Of a DNA stretch of 62,323 bases, positions 57,178 through 62,323 are shown in pieces. Numbering within the stretch: position 1 is the first letter of the stretch; every line of letters starts with the position of its first letter. This DNA is from Acidimicrobiia bacterium (GTDB lineage Bacteria > Actinomycetota > Acidimicrobiia > Spongiisociales > ZC4RG35), in assembly GCA_040880765.1 (NCBI GenBank), contig JBBDHT010000063.1:21821-84143 (forward strand), in the 5' to 3' direction. The notes below the pieces were generated by a model. It was not told the DNA's origin. It ran no database searches and was given only the letters and a program-made list of their open reading frames with translations. The position numbers and the translations under genes are program-made.

Positions 57178-57960
57178 TCAACCCGCCCCGATGACGCGGC
57201 GCATGAATACCAGGAACCCGGTATGGCCCACCATCGAGTGCCCCGGGCGAACGCTGCGCCCTGAGACATTCCACTCCCGCATCAGGAACTCGGACACCTC
57301 CACCTCTGCGAACACACCGAGCTCTCCGGCGCGTTCGACGGTTGTCTGCACTTGGGGCACGGTAGGGAGATACGCACAGATCACACCACCGGGCCTCATA
57401 TGGCGCGCCGCGGCATCGAGCACCGACCACGGCTCCGGAAGATCGAGAATCAGGCGGTCCGGATCGACTTCCTCGACGAGGTCGCTCACGTCACCCACTC
57501 TGAGGTCGAGATTGGGAGGAACCTCACCAAACCATCGAGTTAAAGCCTTGCGGGCGTGGTTCAAATGATCCTCGCGGATATCGACCGACACCACGGATCC
57601 CTCCGGCCCCACGGCGCGGACCAGGGCCATCGTCAGCGACCCGCTGCCGGTCCCGGCCTCGAGAACGCGGAGCCCCGGTGCGATGTCCGCATAGACCAGA
57701 ATCGGCCCCAGGTCCTTCGGGTAGACCACCTGGGCTCCCCGTTTCATCTTCAGGATGTAGTCGGCAAGGCGCGGGCTGAGGAGCAGGAGCTCCCCTCCCC
57801 CGCTGGACCGGACCCGGGTTCCGTCCTCGGCGCCGATCAATTCGGTGTGGGGAATCGAGCCCTGGTGGTACTGGAAGGTCCGGCTGCTGTCCAGCTTGAG
57901 AAGGAAGTGGCGGCCCTTCCCGTCGATTAGGAGGGCGGGGTCGCCCTCGGCGAAGGACAT
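57178..57960 (-). CDS. trmI: tRNA (adenine58-N1)-methyltransferase TrmI
   Basis: GAQVVYPKD and the SAM site [12 protein letters not shown] trimmed the start to MSFAEGDP. Confidence 0.85.
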   Translation of the reverse strand: MSFAEGDPALLIDGKGRHFLLKLDSSRTFQYHQGSIPHTELIGAEDGTRVRSSGGGELLLLSPRLADYILKMKRGAQVVYPKDLGPILVYADIAPGLRVLEAGTGSGSLTMALVRAVGPEGSVVSVDIREDHLNHARKALTRWFGEVPPNLDLRVGDVSDLVEEVDPDRLILDLPEPWSVLDAAARHMRPGGVICAYLPTVPQVQTTVERAGELGVFAEVEVSEFLMREWNVSGRSVRPGHSMVGHTGFLVFMRRVIGAG

Positions 57961-58052
57961 CAGAAGAGGCTGATAGCCGCAATAGCCAGGCTGAGCACCA
58001 TCGCCACGACGGTGACCCAAACGACGATCTGAACGAACTTCTTGTTTCGCAT
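57960..58052 (-). CDS. Possible 30-aa hydrophobic peptide upstream of trmI; not in the ORF track
   Basis: My translation: MRNKKFVQIVVWVTVVAMVLSLAIAAISLF. Its TGA shares one base with the trmI ATG (TGATG). Positive-inside N-terminus plus one TM helix. Confidence 0.35.
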   Translation of the reverse strand: MRNKKFVQIVVWVTVVAMVLSLAIAAISLF

Positions 58053-58089
58053 ACCGCTTTTCTGTTCTAGGGTTCGCCCACGGTAGAAG

Positions 58090-58344
58090 ATGAACAGGAT
58101 CTTTCGCACATTATTGGGTACCAGCGATCTCAGGTCGGCCGGGGTCAGCCGCGTCTGGCATGGTTTGCGCCAGGGTGACCGGCGCGAGCTCTATCTGGGG
58201 GTGGCCATGGCCGCCGTCGCCGTCCTCCGGCAGACCCAGGGCCAAAAGGAACTGATCTTTCGCAAGAAGCTCCCCGAAGGAACCGCGCTCGTGATCCACA
58301 ACCGGAAGAAGGGCGACCCGAAGATCGAGGTCATCAAGCCGTAG
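58090..58344 (+). CDS. Hypothetical protein (84 aa)
   Basis: An ORF with acceptable codon bias and no recognisable motif. Confidence 0.4.
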   Translation: MNRIFRTLLGTSDLRSAGVSRVWHGLRQGDRRELYLGVAMAAVAVLRQTQGQKELIFRKKLPEGTALVIHNRKKGDPKIEVIKP

Positions 58345-58351
58345 CCGGAGA

Positions 58352-58546
58352 TCAGACCTTGTAGACTTCCACCACTGACTTGTTCTTCTTCCCCTTGCGC
58401 CTTCCCAGGAAGAAGGCAGCCAGAACCGCTCCGACCACGGAGACACCAGCGAGCATCGCCTTGTCCTGAACCGACTCCTTGGTTTCTTCCACCGTCCCGA
58501 CAATCTGGCGGGCTTTCGCCTCTATGTCGTCTCTAGACACTGTCAC
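58352..58546 (-). CDS. Hypothetical small membrane protein (64 aa, one TM, basic C-terminal tail)
   Basis: A helical N-terminal part, then the TM segment LAGVSVVGAVLAAFFLG followed by RRKGKKNK. It overlaps the upstream gene by 14 nt. Confidence 0.5.
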   Translation of the reverse strand: MTVSRDDIEAKARQIVGTVEETKESVQDKAMLAGVSVVGAVLAAFFLGRRKGKKNKSVVEVYKV

Positions 58547-58835
58547 TGCTGATCCTCCATGCCACCAAACCTGCTGCGGCGGCTCCGACGACTGCTGTTA
58601 TCAAACGGGCGAGCACTACGTACCACTCCGATGCCGGTAGCACCATCTTCATCAGGGCATACACACCGAGCAGCCCGAAGAAACCGCCCAGGGAGAAGAG
58701 AATGGCGCCGCCGATACCCATGCCTGCGTGCCGACCCAGTTTCTTGGCCGGGTCGACCACTTCCTGGCGGAGATAGTCCTTCGACATGTCCGCCAGGTCA
58801 CGGACGAGTTGTGGAAGCTCTTGGAAATCTGCCAT
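58533..58835 (-). CDS. Hypothetical two-TM membrane protein (resembles actinobacterial holin-X/phage-holin-family proteins)
   Basis: Two hydrophobic helices (GIGGAILFSLGGFFGLLGVYAL; VVLARLITAVVGAAAAGLVAW). The family assignment comes from recall only. Confidence 0.5.
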   Translation of the reverse strand: MADFQELPQLVRDLADMSKDYLRQEVVDPAKKLGRHAGMGIGGAILFSLGGFFGLLGVYALMKMVLPASEWYVVLARLITAVVGAAAAGLVAWRISSDSV

Positions 58836-58899
58836 AGGTATCGACTGAAGGCTAACAAGTGCTGGACGTAGTGACGACCACGGTTATGGTGACAATCCG

Positions 58900-60174
58900 G
58901 TGAGCAACCCCCGTTCCCTGATTTCTCTAGGCCCCCGCTATCTCGCCTTGTGGGTGGGCCAGGCCGTCTCTCAATTCGGAACGTACGTCGCCTATCTGAG
59001 CCTTCCGCTACTCGTCGCCTACATTCACGAGCTTTCCGGGGAGGTCTCGGTCCTCGACTTCTCCATCACTTACGCCCTGGAAACGGGCCCGACCCTCATC
59101 GTGGGATTGGTCGGGGGTGTGTTACTCGATCGATGGCATCTCCGGCCGATGATGGTGGCAACAGACCTCTTACGGGCTTCCGCCTTCTTTTACCTGGCGG
59201 CCACCATCGACAGTTACGGGGTCGTCACCGTGTTCGTGGTCTCCTTCCTGGTTGGGTCTTTGACGACCTTGTTCGATGGGGCGATGTACTCGGTGGTCCC
59301 TGGTTTGGTCCCCGAGCACAGGCTCGCCCAGGCAAACGGCTTCATCGCCGCCAGCCAGCAGGCCAACTTCGCCCTTGGCCCCCTGGCTGCCGGGATCCTC
59401 GCATTCAGCACCGGGACGCCGGCGCTCGGGCTGTTCCTCAACGGCGTGACGTTTGTTGTCTCGGCGATCTCGCTGTATTGGGTGGGGCGGGTCGCCCACC
59501 ACAGATCGTCTGCTGACGAGAGGCAGGGCTTCATGACCGAGGCCGCCAACGGTGTCCGATACATCATGGCTGAGCCAAGACTTCGCATCACGACCATCGC
59601 GTCTGCGATACCGAATTTCGTATTCGGGTTCGTCGAGTCAACATTCGTGGTTCTGGCATTCCTGGTTTTCAGGGTGCAGGACGAGGCACAGATCGGGATC
59701 CTGCTCGCTGCCTTCGGACTGGGCGGTCTCATCGGCGCCCTTGCTGCCCCGGCCATAATCCGGCGTTTCGGCCTGGGCCGGACGATGACTGCCGGAATGG
59801 CGATTACGGGAGTCTGCCTGGTGATAGTCATGAGGACCGAGTACGGGATTGTCGCGATTCTGCTCCAGATGGGGTGGATGTTTGGAATTGGCCTGATCAA
59901 CGTGGCGCTGGCAACCATCCGGCAGCACTACGCCACCCGGGCGATGCTGGGTCGGGTCATCACGGCCTCCCGGGCTATCGGCTGGGCGACACTACCGATC
60001 GGAGCGCTGGTCGGCGGTTGGTTGGGGAGGGACGAGGCCAACTATCCGCTGGTAGCCAGAGCCTTCCCGATTCTCATCATCGGTACCGCCATCTGGATGT
60101 TCACCACTGTGGTGTGGCGGGACACCTTCGGGCCGAGGGAGGAAAGCGGCGACCAGAGCGAGATCACCGCCTGA
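58900..60174 (+). CDS. MFS transporter
   Basis: ~12 TM segments with MFS-like loop motifs. GTG start. Confidence 0.85.
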   Translation: MSNPRSLISLGPRYLALWVGQAVSQFGTYVAYLSLPLLVAYIHELSGEVSVLDFSITYALETGPTLIVGLVGGVLLDRWHLRPMMVATDLLRASAFFYLAATIDSYGVVTVFVVSFLVGSLTTLFDGAMYSVVPGLVPEHRLAQANGFIAASQQANFALGPLAAGILAFSTGTPALGLFLNGVTFVVSAISLYWVGRVAHHRSSADERQGFMTEAANGVRYIMAEPRLRITTIASAIPNFVFGFVESTFVVLAFLVFRVQDEAQIGILLAAFGLGGLIGALAAPAIIRRFGLGRTMTAGMAITGVCLVIVMRTEYGIVAILLQMGWMFGIGLINVALATIRQHYATRAMLGRVITASRAIGWATLPIGALVGGWLGRDEANYPLVARAFPILIIGTAIWMFTTVVWRDTFGPREESGDQSEITA

Positions 60175-60196
60175 TCGACTTTCTCGGGATACGAGC

Positions 60197-60229
60197 AAGA
60201 CCCGGGCAGGGAGGCTACCCGGGTCTTTT
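60197..60229 (+). terminator. Intrinsic terminator after the MFS gene (convergent with the Flp-like gene)
   Basis: 10-bp stem AAGACCCGGG (60197-60206) / CCCGGGTCTT (60218-60227), an 11-nt loop, then TT(G). Confidence 0.6.
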
Positions 60230-60246
60230 GCTATCGAGGGAGAGGT

Positions 60247-60999
60247 TTAAGGGCGGGTCGGTCGACGAGGTGCGGGGTCGGGTGGGGCGTTGACGGTCGT
60301 CGAGTTGTCGTACTGCGGATAAGTGGCTTCCTGCCAGTTCTCGTCGGATGTGGTCACCGAAACCACCTTCACTTCAACCGACACGACACCGGTGGTCTTG
60401 TTCTTGTGGACCTTCAGATCGTTGTCCCACACCTCAAAGGTGGACTCGCCGTTGGCAGGAACGTAGAAACCGTCGACCTTGGTGGTGGTGGTCTTTCCCT
60501 TGTGGTCAGTTCGGGTGATCTCAAGGGTCAAGTGCTGATGACGGTTGTGGTCGTTCTGGTACTGGACGGTGGCCTTCCATGCTCCCTCCCCGCCGTGCTT
60601 GTCGTTGTTCCACCAAAAAAAGGAGGCGTCAGTAGAGGCAACCACTGCCTCCGATCCCGGAGCGGGAGCATCATCGCCATCACCCGGAACAGGAGCATCA
60701 TCATCATCACCCGGAACAGGAGCATCATCATCATCACCCGGAACGGGCGCATCATCGTCGCCACCCGGAACAGGAGCATCATCGTCGTCCTCTTCGGGAG
60801 CGGGAGCTTCGTCACCCGGGTCTGAGGAATCGCCGCCGGCGAGAGATTGGCCGATGGCATCGAAGGTGTCTTCGGTGTTGTGGCCGACCATGGAGACGGC
60901 CGGAACGGCGATGACGGCAACCAGAGCAGCCATCAGAGCGTACTCCACCATCGCGGTCCCGCGGTCGGAACAGGTGACGTACTTCAGGAGAGATTTCAT
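60247..60999 (-). CDS. Flp/Fap-type prepilin-like N-terminal module fused to an acidic repeat linker and an uncharacterised beta-rich C-terminal domain
   Basis: ...SDRG/TAMVEYALMAALVAVIAVPAVSMVGHNTEDTFDAIGQSL matches the G/xxxxEY Flp processing motif plus hydrophobic helix. It is followed by (D/G)DDDAPVPG repeats and a Trp/Thr/Lys-rich domain. 250 aa in total. Confidence 0.7.
   Translation of the reverse strand: MKSLLKYVTCSDRGTAMVEYALMAALVAVIAVPAVSMVGHNTEDTFDAIGQSLAGGDSSDPGDEAPAPEEDDDDAPVPGGDDDAPVPGDDDDAPVPGDDDDAPVPGDGDDAPAPGSEAVVASTDASFFWWNNDKHGGEGAWKATVQYQNDHNRHQHLTLEITRTDHKGKTTTTKVDGFYVPANGESTFEVWDNDLKVHKNKTTGVVSVEVKVVSVTTSDENWQEATYPQYDNSTTVNAPPDPAPRRPTRP
60654..60788. repeat. Five in-frame tandem copies of a 27-nt unit inside the Flp-like gene
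   Basis: Units lie at 60654, 60681, 60708, 60735 and 60762. Units 2 and 3 are identical (cacccggaacaggagcatcatcatcat). They encode DDDDAPVPG-type repeats on the minus strand. Confidence 0.9.
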
Positions 61000-61189
61000 A
61001 TGGATCTATCGTCGTCAACCCACAAAGCTGGATGGGGCTATGGACCCAACGGCGTGGGTCCTAGTACCCAAAGCTTTCAGAAAACCGCCAACGGCTCCTG
61101 TTTTGGGGCACCAGCCCAAGGTTTCCGATGTCTCGCGGCATCACCTTCCTATGTCCTTAAATCATCCACCGTCGACATCCCTCAAGGGC

Positions 61190-61528
61190 TCATAGCTCGA
61201 GCAGATATCGGAGGATCTGAGCGATCTCGAACATCGGCTCGGGGCCGGCGACTCCGAGGCGACCGACGAGCCGCCGCTCCGACACTGGCTTCACATCCTC
61301 ACACTTGGCATAACTCGGATGATGGAGACCCGACTCCCCCTGCTCGATCTCCACGTGCGAAGGAAGCTCCCGGCGCGTCGATGTCAGGGGAACTACCAGC
61401 ACCACGCCGGAGGGCCCCTCGTGAAGAGCGTCCGTCGACACCACAACTGCGGGACGGATCCGGGCCTGTTCCCGTCCGACCGGCTCCCCAAACTCGGCAA
61501 GCCATATTTCGCCTCGGCGAGGGATCAC
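61190..61528 (-). CDS. mazF: Type II toxin, PemK/MazF family endoribonuclease
   Basis: RRGEIWLAEFGEPVGREQARIRPAVVVS... is the typical MazF/PemK N-terminus. GTG start overlaps the antitoxin stop (GTGA). Confidence 0.85.
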   Translation of the reverse strand: MIPRRGEIWLAEFGEPVGREQARIRPAVVVSTDALHEGPSGVVLVVPLTSTRRELPSHVEIEQGESGLHHPSYAKCEDVKPVSERRLVGRLGVAGPEPMFEIAQILRYLLEL

Positions 61529-61764
61529 CCTGAGATGTCTCCGAGCGCGCCTTCCTCGGCTCGCCGCTCCTGTTCGATCTCAGCCCACGCCGTGGGATCG
61601 TTCCGAAGCTCCTCGTAGCGCCGATTGAACGTCTCAAAGAAGATCTTTCTCTCGAGAGCATCGACCGCCTCATCGAGAACTCGCGTCATCGGACGACCCG
61701 TAGCATTGGCAAGCGAAGCGAGTCGGTCTCGCGTTGCTTCACTCACGCGTATCGTGGTACTCAT
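61525..61764 (-). CDS. Type II antitoxin, ribbon-helix-helix type
   Basis: MSTTIRVSEATRDRLASLA is an RHH beta-strand/helix pattern, followed by an acidic C-terminal part. Directly upstream of, and overlapping, the toxin gene. Confidence 0.75.
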   Translation of the reverse strand: MSTTIRVSEATRDRLASLANATGRPMTRVLDEAVDALERKIFFETFNRRYEELRNDPTAWAEIEQERRAEEGALGDISG

Positions 61765-61768
61765 ACGA

Positions 61769-61802
61769 GTAGTCTACCAAAACGTAGACAAACTTGTCTA
61801 CG
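61769..61802 (-). promoter_or_regulatory. Candidate antitoxin operator: clustered GTAGAC/GTCTAC palindromes
   Basis: GTAGTCTAC (61769-61777) and the perfect inverted repeat CGTAGACAA-ac-TTGTCTACG (61783-61802), lying 5-38 nt upstream of the antitoxin ATG. Confidence 0.5.
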
Positions 61803-62238
61803 GGGCGGAAGGACCTTCGCCCAATCGACTGACGGACCATTGAGCCCGAACGCGTTTAGTCAGTGTTGTGTCGTGTCGGAGAAGCGTTCAGGTCTGCAAC
61901 TACACAGAAGGCGGCGCTGGTGACGTCGTTCACCATTGGGTCATAGCAGCCTGTGCCGCGGGAAGGTGTATCGCAGCACTCCGGTGATCTGGCCAATGGC
62001 CGGGCACGAGGGCTGAAGATCATCTGACTCGAGCTCCCAACCTGCATTCTCCGCTGCCGCGAGCACATCATCCACTACTTGATTTATGTCCGTGTTGCCG
62101 GTGGTGTGTTATCACATGTTCTCTCCAGCAACGGCAACACATGTAGAACATCGGCGGGCGTGGCCCGATCCCGAAGCGCGAATTATCTAGATGGATAACG
62201 GCTGTCGCATCAGGCGGTCAGGGTCCGAAGATCCTTCA

Positions 62239-62323
62239 TCATCGCCAAGCAACGGTCACCACCTCGACCGGTTCCTCGATCCCCTTCAAGGTGACGGTGC
62301 GCCGCTCTCCGAGCGTCACATCC
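62239..62323 (-). CDS. 3' end of a gene continuing beyond the window; C-terminus resembles a class III nucleotidyl cyclase domain
   Basis: My translation of the minus strand is ...DVTLGERRTVTLKGIEEPVEVVTVAWR*. The xLKGxxEPVxVxxV ending is typical of adenylate/guanylate cyclase catalytic domains. Only 27 codons are visible. Confidence 0.35.
   Translation of the reverse strand, partial: DVTLGERRTVTLKGIEEPVEVVTVAWR

Noticed and set aside
57078-57269. 64-codon N-terminal extension of the Mpa ORF ([14 protein letters not shown]...)
   Set aside because: The extension would overlap the 3' end of trmI by about 90 nt and has non-protein-like composition. A GTG at 57077 with a strong AGGAAAGGAAG ribosome-binding site gives a normal-length Mpa that starts at the coiled coil.
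60654-60788. Regularly spaced 27-nt repeats considered as a possible CRISPR array
   Set aside because: The units are directly abutting with no spacers, lie in frame inside a coding sequence, and encode an Asp/Pro repeat. There are no cas genes in the window.
61856-62071. 71-aa minus-strand ORF from the ORF track
   Set aside because: It is Cys/Arg/Ser-rich with no motif, and another frame in the same region looks more protein-like but is broken. I treat it as part of a decayed or non-coding stretch.

Overview
Densely coding, high-GC chromosomal segment of an actinobacterial-type genome. I infer the lineage from gene content: a Pup-proteasome system, a GarA/FtsR-like block and an F420-type LLM enzyme. 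I count about 70 protein-coding genes and one tRNA-Pro(GGG). I saw no rRNA, CRISPR array, transposase or prophage genes. Three conserved housekeeping blocks sit side by side: (i) pgsA-gcvH-FHA(GarA-like)-MerR(FtsR-like) ... DUF151 nuclease-MerR-hypothetical-gcvT; (ii) HAD-small ORF-nadK-recN-pyrG-ald-xerD-dksA-like-HD-scpAB-rluB-aroA-cmk-ispH-der; (iii) a compact helY-tatC-tatA/B-Zn ribbon-pafCBA-prcAB-pup-dop-mpa-trmI supercluster. Most genes are on the minus strand and are chained by 1-, 4- or 8-nt stop/start overlaps. Several ORF-track starts are therefore upstream over-extensions, and I have trimmed them. I did not find a clear-cut new multi-gene system and I say so plainly. The most unusual items are: (a) a 250-aa protein at 60247-60999 that has a Flp-type prepilin N-terminus fused to an acidic tandem repeat and a beta-rich C-terminal domain; it has no tad genes nearby and sits in a small accessory patch with a MazEF-type module and a decayed, more AT-rich non-coding stretch; (b) an AT-richer nested inverted-repeat element of about 100 nt between tdh and a hydrolase gene; (c) an apparent N-terminal remnant of an adenosine deaminase gene upstream of tdh; (d) a two-subunit aconitase-X (DUF521/DUF126) pair with no pathway context; (e) four unannotated small ORFs (30-56 aa), three of them translationally coupled to der, nadK and trmI. 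All functional calls rest on motif recognition by eye and on recalled family knowledge. No searches were run.
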